Assembly (NCBI GenBank): GCA_045837725.1
Contig: JBEWZL010000166.1
Coordinates: 124,001-188,000, forward strand
Length of the DNA: 64,000 bases
Direction of reading: 5' to 3'
Source: Vermamoeba vermiformis
Taxonomy: Eukaryota
A model generated the notes under the pieces. The model was not told the origin of the DNA, made no database searches, and saw nothing but the letters and a program-made list of their open reading frames with translations. The translations under genes and the position numbers were made by a program. Shown here one piece after another: positions 27,599 through 39,353 of the stretch; the first letter of the stretch is position 1, and each line of letters opens with the position of its first letter.

Positions 27599-29467
27599 CT
27601 ACACATTTAATTTACAAACATCTTCGTATTCTTTTTGCAACGTGTGGCCTCGATGCGGACCTTTGTCAATCTGCACGACTGCCTTGAACTTGTCAATCTC
27701 CAAGGACTGCAATACGGCTGTTTCACCGCGATAAGCACCATTGACAATCATCACAGTGCCACCGACATTAGGAATAACTGTCTCGAGGTCCTGTTGGTCA
27801 ATTTTGATCTTCGTGCCGTCATCGAGCATCTCGACCAACGCGACGTACTTGTCAATGACTTCTTTCACGAGGCCTTTTTGTTTGAAATATTTGCCCTTGG
27901 CCAAGTCCTTGTTCATGACTTTAACGATGATATTCGCGTGCAACCAGAACGGTTTTCGACCTTCTTTTTCTCGCTTCAGTTCTTGGTTTTTAATCAAGTC
28001 GTCCATGAAGTTTGTGTTACTGTTGCTGCTTCCATTAGTACCGTTGTGCTCGGTCTTTTGCTTCTTATTGCTAGACTCGTCATCTTTTTTATCCTTAATG
28101 TCATCGTACTTGCGTTTGTGACCACCGTCCCTGCTTCGGTTGTCTCGAGATCTGGATCTTGAACGTGATCGTGATCGACGATCTCGGGATCTATCTCGCC
28201 GTCTTTCTCTGTCACTGCTCTTTCTGTCACGTGATCTTGATCTATCTCGTCGGTGGTGACGGTCTTTAGAACGCGATCTAGATCTGGATCTTGAACGAGA
28301 ACGTCTTGAACGAGAGCGGTCACGGTCACGAGAACGCGAACGAGATCTCTTGTCGCTTGAATTCTTTTCTGATTTGATGCTTTCTGACTTCTCTTCTTTG
28401 ACGCCATTAGTGCCATTTTGTTGAGTTTTAGTGGCAGCTTCAAACGGACTAAAAGAATAGATTAGTATCGCATCAATAAAGTATTAACATATTGTTTGTA
28501 CTTACTTTACAGCAGCGACAACTTTCTTAGGCTTGGCTACGTTCAATGCGAGCTGGATCTTCTGACTGTCGTCTTCACGCTTGAATTCATTTGCAGGAGT
28601 AACCTCTTCTGCACCAACGGCACCCTCGCCTTGAGAATTAAGGAACTCCAATTGTTTTTCAATTAACTTCTGGTTACGCATTTCGTCGTCTGCATCCATG
28701 CGCTCCTTCTGCTTGATCATTTCCTGACGAGCCAATACTTCTGGATCACGTTCGATATACTTAATGTACCATCCTTTAGGTGTTTCATCGACGTGGCATT
28801 GGCCAGTCTTGCCGAGGTACATCACAAAGCCTGACAAACTCTCCCAACGAGTACCGTTCATGTGAATGTGCTGCTTGTCTGCAATATATTCCTGGTACAC
28901 TTTGTTCGCGAATACTCTCTTAGTTCGCCACCTATATTAATAATTATGAGTATCTACCTGAAGGGTTATGTATCAATGGTATCCTGATCGCGTGATCTGG
29001 GCACGACCAAATAATTTTAAAATTGTTGTAAAGCGTTGATACTTACTTTCTGCGCACAATATCCATAAAACCCTTCTCGAATTGCTTTGAGAAGTCATCA
29101 ATAAAGCTCTTTGGATTTTCTGAAAACACTTGCATCATGCGCATATGTCCATCTGACGTCAAATGACACTAAAAATTACAATATTAATATTCCATGCGTT
29201 ATAATAATTATAATATAATAATACGCTATTTTGAAATAATATAGAATTTACAACATTTTCATAACTTTTTCAATTTTACAGATCGTCCTTCAAGCCAAAC
29301 GAATAATATTCCGAATAACTCCAAATATTGTGATAACTTACTTTAAATCCGTTTTCGTCTCGACATTGCTTTTCGCACATCTGACAGTACCAACGCAACT
29401 TCTGCAAGCCTTTGGCCTTCATCTTGTTGGCCAGAGCTTTCGGTGAGAACGCGTCGTGCTTACCCAT
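27599..29467 (-). CDS. KIN17: DNA/RNA-binding protein KIN17
   Basis: KAKGLQKLRWYCQMCEKQCRDENGFK, HIHMNGTRW and C-terminal KOW repeats (DQQDLETVIP...VNGAYRG). Confidence 0.96.
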
Positions 29468-29730
29468 CGCGTTAATACAAACGATTCGGTGTTGTGGTTG
29501 TTCCTACTAAAAATTCAAACAAATAACGCTGCCAACACAATTCTCTAATTTTGAGATCCAGAATCGGACAGGAAGGTTCAAAAACTGCAACTTCGCACGA
29601 ATACTAAGTTGTTTCATAGTCAAGCGCAAAAGAAGGCACAAGGATTATTATCAAACTTTTTTTACTGGACTAAAAGTCTAATTAGACGGCTAACTATCTA
29701 CACAATTTACATTGAGTTCGCGAATCTTGT

Positions 29731-31461
29731 TCACAACTCAGTGGAGCATACGTAGTAGCACTTGCTCAAGGCAAAGCCGTTGAAGGCAGAAGCGGCAGCC
29801 TTAGTGTAGGCACCCATGTTCGGGAAGTACATCCATTCGCCGACGTTAAGCTCGGGCAAGGGCATGTCTTTGCCGATGCAGTCAAGACTGTCGCAAGTAG
29901 GGCCGAACATAGTCGCATTGTAAGTGACTGCGTTGGGTCTCTTGTCCAAGAGCACAGGTTGAGGGTGAGCGTGGTCGAACATAATGTTGTTGAACGAGCC
30001 GTAAACACCATCGTTCACATAGTAGCTGAACTTGAAGGCGTTTGAGTGCTCAGCACCAGAGCGGCGCGTGTCCGGGGAACCGGGAGGAGTACCAGTGGCG
30101 GATGTACCGTCACAGGCCAACTCCACTTCGAACTTGCGCACACCGATGACGCTGACGGCAAGAGTGTGGCTGCTGGCGACCATGTAGCGACCAGGTTCAC
30201 CAATCAAGCGCACGCGACCGCGAGGGAACAGCTGGTCGAGCAAGGGGTTCATAGTGGAAGCGATCTTGGGGAAGGTGATGCCAGAGCCATCATCTCCCAT
30301 AGCAGACCAAGAACCAGGGAAACCACCACCAATGTCCAAAAGGTTCATGTTGAATCCGAGTTCCTCACCCATTTGGAAGACGCGGTGAGCACTGCGGAGA
30401 GAGGACTCGTAGGTATCCAAGCTAGAGCAGCCGGAACCAACGTGGAAGCTATAGAATAATATTTAGTATTTGTGATTGCAGTCAGAAGAAAAGTTGTACG
30501 AAAAAAAAACGGATGAATCCGCTAAAGTAGAAAAATTCCCTCAGAGACAAGAAATGAGAAATCAATGCAGTAACATCGAGTAAAACGCTACTGCGTCATA
30601 CGCAAATTACCTTTGAATCATTGAGAATTTGGGTATGAATAATAAAAATTGTCCGAATTTCGGAGTGCGGTTACTTACCTAACACCAATAACTTGGAGGT
30701 CCAACGACTTGGCAACATTCAAGAGGCGTTGCCATTGGTTTTCTCTGGCACCAAACTTGACAGAGAAAGCGCACATGGAGTTGCGATCGTCAGTTGCGAT
30801 TCTCATCAGCAACTTGCAGTTAGGATGGCACTCCTTGATCTTGTAAAGCTCGGCTTCACCGTCGAAAACAGACATGTTGACGCCGACTTCACGAGCGTAG
30901 TTCAAATGAGCTTTAGGTTTGCAAGGGTTAGCGTAAATGATGCGATCTGCAGTCACGCCAATGCTCATCACCAGGTCAATTTCTCCTCTGCTTGCGCAGT
31001 CGAAGTTGACACCCATTACGGCCAAACACTTGATAATTTCAATATCAGGGTTGCATTTGACAGCTGAAGAAAGGATCAGCGTTAGAATTTTGATCGGCAG
31101 ATGTAGATTGAATTCTATCCCAAAAAAGATGTTTCTAAAATGTGAACTTACCGTAGAAGGGCTCTACACGAGGAAGACAATTGTTCCATTGCTTCTTCTT
31201 ACGAATAATGTCCGAGAGGTTAACAATGAAGAAGGCATTATCTTCGGTTTGTTGGGAGATCTTCTCTCGGATCTGTTGCTCGACATCGATGGGCTGTCGA
31301 AGCAACTCGACACTACTGAAGTCGAGTTGAGGCTCAGAGGCAGCCTTATTGGTTAATAAATCAGGTAAAGCTGATTTATCAACACAATTAAAGTAATTGT
31401 AAATCGAGTTTTCGCTCAAAGCATTGTAGAGGGTGTCAGACAATTCCAAGTGATTGAACAT
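29731..31461 (-). CDS. ODC: Ornithine decarboxylase (3 coding exons)
   Basis: PFY|AVKCN (PLP lysine), FDCAS, KFGA, FHVGSG, DIGGGF, EPGRY and FGPTCDSLD (catalytic Cys retained). Confidence 0.96.
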
Positions 31462-31890
31462 TAACGGACCGTAGAAAACTCTCTGTGTAAAATGAGCGTA
31501 TTAGAATCCGTTCGCGTCTGCTGGATGAGATGAGGTATGAAAACGGTTGTAAATTACGATTTTCTTCAATTTCTTTGATGATTAAGAATTTGTTCCATAG
31601 TGGTATTCGTCAGTAGCGAAATCGGCAACGAAAAAATAGTGATCCTCCTAAAAATGAGAATTTGACTGAAGAGACAACTAACCTGATCCGTTCGCAAATC
31701 GCATAAAACGCAGAAAAGCAAGTGCTAATCGACCAACCTCCGGTTATAGAAGAGTTGGTGGTGCTGAAAAGGATGGAATGATGTAAAAAAAAAATCGATG
31801 CGGTTGCAAAAGTTTTATGTCCGATTTCGGCCGCCCAAACTTTGCCGCCCAACGAAAAAAATAGAAAAAGATAAAAAATGGAGTTACGCG

Positions 31891-32005
31891 ATTGGTCGAA
31901 TTTTTCATCGGATTGAATTTTCACCAAGAAATTCCGCTTCGATTACAAGCACGTGGTCCGTAAGCTCTGTAATTGGCTGTCCATATTGCGCACTTTTCTT
32001 ATTGG
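31891..32005 (-). promoter_or_regulatory. Putative ODC promoter: three CCAAT boxes and a CACGTG E-box
   Basis: ATTGG at 31891, 31972 and 32001 (CCAAT on the ODC strand) and CACGTG at 31950-31955, just upstream of the inferred first leader exon. Confidence 0.4.
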
Positions 32006-32390
32006 CTAAGCTTTGAATCTCCCATACGTGGAAGAATCAACTAAGATCTGCGACGCTCGAATTAGATTTTGCAAAGGTTGTTGCCCCTGGTGCCTCTCTG
32101 CTTCGTACGCTCAACCCTGCCTTCTCATCTCCTCACAAGTCTTGAGGTTCCTTGCGTGTCATGTATCACCTGAAAAAGATAGCACTATCTTCTAGTGAGG
32201 CCTCTCGTTTTCCGCGTAGCCGTTCACCTTGGGCCGCCGATGAGACAAACTGAATCCTAGAGCGACTGCTTTTTGCCTGAATTATGCCTCGTGACTTACA
32301 TGATTTTGCAATAACTATTGCGCGGGCCGGTATTTAATTTAATTTAATTTTAAATTCCGTAACTCAAATCAATTTATTTCCTTTTGTAGA

Positions 32391-32762
32391 TCATTTAGCC
32401 GTCAGACTCAACTCTGGATTAGCAATACTTATGGCAGTAATATCGCCGTGGAAGTTCTCCTCAATTTTATAGGTTTTGTTTGCGTCTTGCACGATCTTTT
32501 CGGAAGATGTCGATCCCTCTCCTATGTTTGCTCGAAGCCAATTTTCATCCCTTTCCACAACTTCAAATACGACGCTAGTGTTATGATTTAACGGGGCATT
32601 TTTCTGTAATATTTCGATGGAGACTAGTCGATCCTGATCGTCATAATCCGCAATGACTCCAGGCACTATTTCAGAGGAGACAACAGTGCATCTCGAGGCA
32701 GAGGTAAATCTAATGACGTACGCGTTGACATCAGGTGAATAAGACGATGTTAAGCTGTTCAT
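32391..32762 (-). CDS. DUF2283-like protein, intronless
   Basis: YSPDVNAYVIRF...SSEIVPGVIADYDDQDRLVSIEIL matches the prokaryotic DUF2283 pattern YD.eaDalYi.....sEEi.pGiivDyD..GrivGIEIl. Confidence 0.8.
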   Translation of the reverse strand: MNSLTSSYSPDVNAYVIRFTSASRCTVVSSEIVPGVIADYDDQDRLVSIEILQKNAPLNHNTSVVFEVVERDENWLRANIGEGSTSSEKIVQDANKTYKIEENFHGDITAISIANPELSLTAK

Positions 32763-33070
32763 TCGGAAGTACTTCTGTAGCGCAGTACAGATCTAGCAAA
32801 ACATTTTGTATTTATGTCTAGCAAGCCCACAAATAGCTTGTGGGTGTTAGGAATAAGAGAAGAATTCTTAGAAGGAACCTGCAAGCAGTGCAAATAGAAT
32901 TTATTCCACAACGACATCAATTGCGCAACTCGCATCAGCAATGCAATCGAATTCTCGAGTTAGCTGATCATTTGCTGAGGATATTCTGGACGGAAGCTGA
33001 ACAAATCACCGGAAGAACTATTAAGGCCTGCAAGAGGAAGTCAGTACTGATACAACATAATCATTCAACT

Positions 33071-35062
33071 CTCACGGGTGGTAGAATGACAGAGTAGCTT
33101 AGTTGTGACCAATCATGCTTAAAATACGTACTATCGTTGTTAGTGGATTCGATGATGACTTTGAATGGCTCAGCTTGTTTTCGTTGCTTGTACTGCGTGT
33201 CGAAGATAGTCACGTACAGACTACCAGTGCCTTCAACTACTAGTGACTTGACGTTGCCTTCATTAGCGCTGCATCATATTCAATAAATTAGTCAAAGTAG
33301 AATAAATACTCGTAGCAAGCGCTTACATTAGATCTGCGTCACCTAATATTGGGAACGGTCTATCTCGTCGGATTATCAGTGTAGCATCGCTAGATTTTAA
33401 CTTGACAGTGAACTTTGGCTCCGTTTCGGGTAGTGTCGTAGCGAAGAATTGATAAGGAACCTAAGCAAGCCAATTGAGATCTAATCGCGGTAAAAGTTTT
33501 TACGATTCGCGAGCTTACCTGTTGCGTTAATTGCCCTACATATGGTATGTCGACATGTAGTGGCAGCACTTGCTCAGTTACAATTGGAATTACAACTAAA
33601 CGAGAAGCAGATGTAAGATCAAGTTTCCATCACTATCTCATGACTTACCATTGCCGTTTATCGTATATGACCTCTCAATTAATGTTGTGACATATTTGGG
33701 ATTGCAAACAGCGATGTTCCAACGTCCAGGCTCCGAGATGGTCAATTGTTTCGAACCTTGCAGTTGCGCATCTGTGATTCCTTTGACGTCCGCCGATGAT
33801 ATGGTCGGGAGGTTAGGTGTTTTGGAGGCAATTAATAGAAGATCTTCTCCCTAAAATCGTCAATTCAATTTCGGTTTCAATTTCAACCGGTAAGTTGATC
33901 AACCAACCTGTAATTCAACCGAAACGCTGGATTGCAATTTAAGTTTGTGCGCAAACGCCGACGATTCAGGAATGTAAACTGAATAGTAGTGATAGGCTTC
34001 ATTCGGTGCTAAGTTAACTGACTTGTTTTGGAGTTTAGATATTTGATCCGATTTCAAATGGGAAATCTTGGGGGTTAAAGCTAATTCAATTAAGTTAGAG
34101 CAATAATGAGGCAAGTGGTTGCGTAAATGAAACTTACAAGTTATTTTCAAGGTGCTCGAAACGGGTTTGAGGTCAAACCAACCCGGATTTGTTAGCGCGA
34201 TGATGTACGAGCCCTAAATCGAAGTAAAGATTAGAAATGCTCGTTAAAAATACTACAAAGGTGCACTTACCACGCCTTGGAGTATATATTGTCGCAACTC
34301 TTCTTCATCGGGCAAAGCGATAAGCTCTTGACGCGAGTTCGAGGCCTGATCAGCGCAGGATTAGTGAATAAGGCATTCTAATTAATACAATACATACATC
34401 AAATACATGGAGAGCCAAGACATCTTTTGGCATTGTAAGCAAGAGCCCGGGTTGTAAATTCAGCAGTTTTAATTCCTAAGCAATGGCTTAGTAAGCGATA
34501 AAGGCTTCCATACGGTAATAAACTGACCTCATTAGGATATTCAACGTTTATAGAATAGATCTTGCAAGATTCTCGAGGCGCAAAGTCAACGGTAAAGTTT
34601 ACGTCCAAAGGCAGAGGTAAAATTTCATTGTCAAAGGTAGGCACAAGAGCTGTTATCATATTAATACAATATAGTGGCTTTATATAGCATGTTCATACCT
34701 CTGCAAGTGAGTGTGAACGAGAGTGGGGGCTGATCTGGAACTGGATTGTACACGGCAAGAGAGTAGCGCCCACTGCCAACAATGGATGTATTCGAGGTCG
34801 TATTATCAAACTTATAGGTATGGTTGTGCCAGTCTGCTTGTATTAGGGTCGTTACACCAGCATTGATCTCCAAGACAAATAATTCTAGTCGCTGATCGGA
34901 TGTGCATTCTGCTTCAAAAGTGAATTCCAATCTGCTTTGTAGTCCAGATTGGAGCAGCAATAATGGTGGTTCAGGCACAACAATTTCGAATCTTTCATAG
35001 CACAATGCTGCTACTTGACCACGACACTTTGTTTCGAGATCGAGCTTTTTCACTCCTATCAT
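33071..35062 (-). CDS. Multi-exon hypothetical protein with repeated beta-rich modules; ends uncertain
   Basis: Coding-like exons (ORFs 34661, 34399, 33899 and others) separated by short GT-AG introns, with recurring GRYSLAVYNP / GRWNIAVCNP motifs. Confidence 0.45.
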
Positions 35063-35480
35063 TTACAATAATTTTAATATTCATTAAACTAATTACCAAA
35101 GCTATAGTTGATCATATTGGGATCATAGAAGATATTCTTTGATTTTGAGTAATTAAAGGAATATTATTTTGAACCAACTCTGATTTTACGCCAGTTCATG
35201 TTCAAATGCGTTATAACAAGTACCTGCTGATTCTATAGGTTGTGGAAATCGTGTCTCTACAGTGACTAAATCAGATAAGATGGCGTTCTTGTAATAATTA
35301 AAGTCGTTGGAGGCAGTTCTGTCGCTCAGCTGTTTGAGATACTCTTCGAGCTGTTTCGGATCTGTAGGTACATTGTCGTAGATTGCCTTTACGGCGTGCT
35401 TAGTTTGTGCTGCTCATATCATTTACAAATAATTAAAGAGGATTGGTTTCAGATCAAGTTATTATTTTTGATTTGAACCA

Positions 35481-38143
35481 ATGAGCGACTACAAGAAGGA
35501 GCAACGTCGGCTAGCTCTCGAACAAAAGAAAGCTAAGCTCGAGGAGATTAAAGAAAAGAATCGACGTCTTTCTTTGGCTCCTACAGGCAGCTCATCTGGA
35601 TCAAGTGCTGCATCACCATTACCTGATCTGCGCGATGCTGATTATCCTGGAAGAAAATCATTAGATTCATCTGTATTAGATGCATTGGGCACTGGTGATA
35701 TTAATGACTTGTTGAGCAAAATTGAATCTGTGCCTGTCATTAAAAGCAATACACCCACAGTCCTCGTCACCCCAATTGGAAAATAAATATACTGATGATG
35801 ATAGATCAAACAAAAATATTGAAAGGTAAGCTACAGATAATTAGATTATTATTTAGATTTTTTGGTGTTTTATTTTTCAATTTATTCCCACCGCTTTCTA
35901 TTGCAAGTTTAATATCAAAATATTATTCAAATAATAATTAATATATTTAGAGAGGAGAAAAAGAAAGAAATAAAATTATCAATTCAAGTTGGCGTTGTTC
36001 ACGTCGATATTCCGCCCAAGGTAATATTTAGATTAAAATCTATTATACGACCATATTTCATATCTTATTAAGACTATGAGAAATGGTTGTAATTTGATTT
36101 ACTAAATTTCATACGCTAAAGCAAAAATTGACTTGTCGGATCCATGTAGGAAGTTACAATGTACACGAAGGGCACACAAACAGTGCCTAGTCGTACCGAA
36201 GAGATGGGTACGAGCACAGATACTATTGAACAAACGCCAAATAAGCTAAGTAACACGCAACACCGAGATCTCGGATCGGCTGCGAAACGACTTGAGTTCC
36301 AACAACAAGAGCGCGAAGAAGAGGAGGCTAAGCAAGCTGACGAGGAGGCCAAAGAGGTCATTGAAGAAGTAGAAGAACACAAGAGCCAGGTAGTCAAGAC
36401 TGAGCTCGATCCAGAAGAAAAACGACAGATCATCGAGTCGAATGATTTCAAAGAATTCATATTCAAATCTGCGCGTATTGTCGAGCGTGCATTGTTATTA
36501 GAAGAAAACTATAATATTTTGAAGGACTATACTCGCGCTGCTAGCACAAGCCAGTACGTACTTGATAAAAAGCTCGATCCAATTTTCAAAAACTAATTTC
36601 ATATAAAATAATAACAGAGAAACAAATGAACAACACAACGTTACAGTACAATTAAGTTTGTACAATGAACGGTGGTGCAAACACAGATCAATCACTGATG
36701 TTGATTGGTCACGACACGTGAGTACTCGAGGATTTCGTGTTATTAGTACGGCTTAGTAATATTGTATTGGTTAGCACGAGGGATTGGTGGCCTCGTCGTA
36801 CACAACAGGCAACTCGACCACAGACCCTGATGGCTTGGTCTTGTTGTGGGACATCAATTCGCCGCTCAAAACTCCCGAGTTCATTTTCAATTGTCAGGTA
36901 CAGATTTCGCCCCTTAACAACCTCACACTCTATGTATTCTGTATTGTCGGTACTTACGATTCTTAATACAGTCTGCCGTCATGTCGGTGATGATGTGGCC
37001 GTTCTCGCCTACAGTAGTCATTGGTGGCACGTACTCGGGTCAAATTGTCCTGTGGGACATGCGTGCGAACAATCAGCCCGTGATGCGTTCACCGATCTCA
37101 TCCGTCGGACACACGCACCCTGTTTATTGCTTGAATGTCGTTGGCTCCACTAAGGCCAATAACATCGTGTCTGTCAGCACTGACGGTCGCATGGCCGTGT
37201 GGAGCTTGGAGAAGTTGACTCAGCCGCAAGAAGTGTTGGAGTTGCACAGCAAGCAAAAGATGGGTGCTTCAACGGCTGTTGCTGTCACTGCTCTTGCCTT
37301 CCAGCCTGTAAGCCATATTATTTGTCGATTCCTTTTATTTTTTAACCTTACTGTTAGGGCGATGAAAACAAATTTTACGCTGGTTCAGAAGATGGCTCAG
37401 TGTACCTCGGATTCAGACACGGAAGGTAACGTCATATTATGAATCGTTTCGTTGATCTAACGGTGTTTGAACTAACAGCAAGAGCGGCATTATGGATCGA
37501 AGCACGGGACACTACGGCCCTGTCAGCTCAATCTCCATGCACCCACAACTCCCGAACGTGTTCTTGACATCTTCTGTCGACTGGACTTGCAAAGTGTGGA
37601 ACTATAAGGTGCGTACAGGTGTTACAATAGCGTTGGTTGGTTCGTCAATTAACGCGTAACTTCAGACCTCGACGAAGCCTGTCTACTCATTCGAAGACTT
37701 TGGTGACTATGTCTACGATATTAGATGGTAGGTCTTGACACTCTCAATACGCAGGAAGCTAATCAATGCAATAATAGGTCACCCAAGCACCCTGCTCTGT
37801 TCGCAACTGCGGATGGCAACGGTGTTGTAGATTTGTGGAACTTGAACAAGGATACTGAAGTAAGGAATTCAACCAATTATTAACAATTACTAAAATATAT
37901 ATTGTCTAGGCACCCGTTGCTAAGAAGCAAGTCTCAGAAAAGGCCGTCAATCGCATGTGTTGGAATCCAGACGGCAAGAAGCTGCTGACCGGTGATAGCT
38001 CTGGTGTACTTAATGTGCTCGATATCGGCGAGCTTGCTGTGCCCGAGACTGATGAATTGGCACGATTGGAAAGGACATTGGCCGATCTGGAACTGTTGAC
38101 AAAAGAAGTCGTCGATGAGCAGTCAAGCAGCACCCAAATTTAA
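35481..38143 (+). CDS. Cytoplasmic dynein intermediate chain (WD40)
   Basis: N-terminal coiled coil, YTKGTQT light-chain-binding motif, F..F...[28 protein letters not shown] and [10 protein letters not shown]. Confidence 0.93.
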
Positions 38144-38331
38144 TGAATAAACGCTTTAAAGGTCAAAAACAATCTTTGTTACACGAGGAGGGTAATACTG
38201 CGATGAGTTGTGGTTATGTCTTGTGACGTCTTTACGGTGCATTGAAATGCAGTTCCCGCCAAAAAAAAAGTTTTCGCTTTTGAATTTTTTTGACCGTTAT
38301 GATTTTAATTTAATTTCTGTTGAACACCACA

Positions 38332-39158
38332 ATGGCTTTGGCTGTCGATAACTTCGCGGAGCTTAAGGACCTCCTTTTGGACGCTGCTAACTTTATGCAA
38401 GTTACGACCGAGCGTACTTACTGGAGCGAGACTCGCAGATTGCAAACCTTGATCAACGATCTGCAACAAAAGAAATTGCAATCAATCAAAGACGAGCGCG
38501 ATGGTAATATTTTATTATTGTTAATTATTGAATTGGTTATTAAAGATTTATTTTAGAACTCCAAGAGAGATTAGCTCGCGCTGAAAAAGCAGCGCAACGA
38601 AAAGATCCAAATGTGTTTGCGCAAACAATGAACGGGCTGAAGTCCGACGAAAAATTACTTCGCGATTCTATCGACGAATTACAAGAGGAGATCAAGTACG
38701 TACCTTTTGAAATTTTATTTATTGTTCCGGCTTGTCATTAACGGTATTATTTTAGGAAGCACCAAGACCTCGTGGAGCGATACAAAAAGCAACTTGATGA
38801 TATAGAGCGAAGATTAATTCAAATTGAAGATCAAACCAACACAGATTTGGCAAACCAAAAGTAAGCGGTCTCGTTTTAAACTAGTTTGTGCTAACTAACC
38901 GTACAATTGTAGGCACAAAGTTAAATTATTGATGAATGGAACTAGCGTCCGATTTGATTTCACAGCTGGAGATAAGATCCAAGGAGGTAAGTTTGCCGTT
39001 GCACTTAACTGGATCTCTATTGAGTTTCTAATTTTTTTCATTTCATAGTTGTATTGACTGGTAGCGCGGTAAAGCCCTTCGAATTTGATGCCGCTCAATC
39101 CCGCAGTGAAGTCGCTGACAATCTGTGGAATATGATCGGTGCCGCTCACGGCTTGTGA
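38332..39158 (+). CDS. Kinetochore NDC80-complex subunit Spc24-like
   Basis: Five exons encode a long coiled coil, then LLMNGTSVRFDF...IQG|VV...VKPFEFD...EVADNLWNMI, resembling the Spc24 RWD domain. Confidence 0.7.
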
Positions 39159-39353
39159 GATCGATTAAGACGAAGTAAGATTCGTTTACTTATCGGTCTA
39201 CGACTATGTAATAATTGGTTTGTAAATTATAAATTAATGTTAAAACGCTCTCTTCAGAAGATTAGTGTTGTAAGGTTTGAACTAATTTCGCACAAAAGCT
39301 CACAAATTTAATTCGGTATAACGTCGTATTGACTGCGCCCTTAAAGGTGAATT

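Noticed and set aside
29766-31356. Long antisense and alternate-frame ORFs over ODC (similar ones over the SDRs, KIN17 and the polymerase)
   Set aside because: Shadow ORFs caused by strong codon bias of the sense gene.
32150-32240. Loose resemblance of the minus strand to SRP RNA helix 8, and of the plus strand to U3 boxes or a telomerase template
   Set aside because: Diagnostic motifs are incomplete or wrongly spaced; kept only as an unnamed ncRNA candidate.
35224-35422. Coding-like minus-strand exon beginning ATG ATA TGA, suggesting stop readthrough or a recoded UGA
   Set aside because: Other genes in the window use TGA as stop; a different start, decay or sequence error is more likely.
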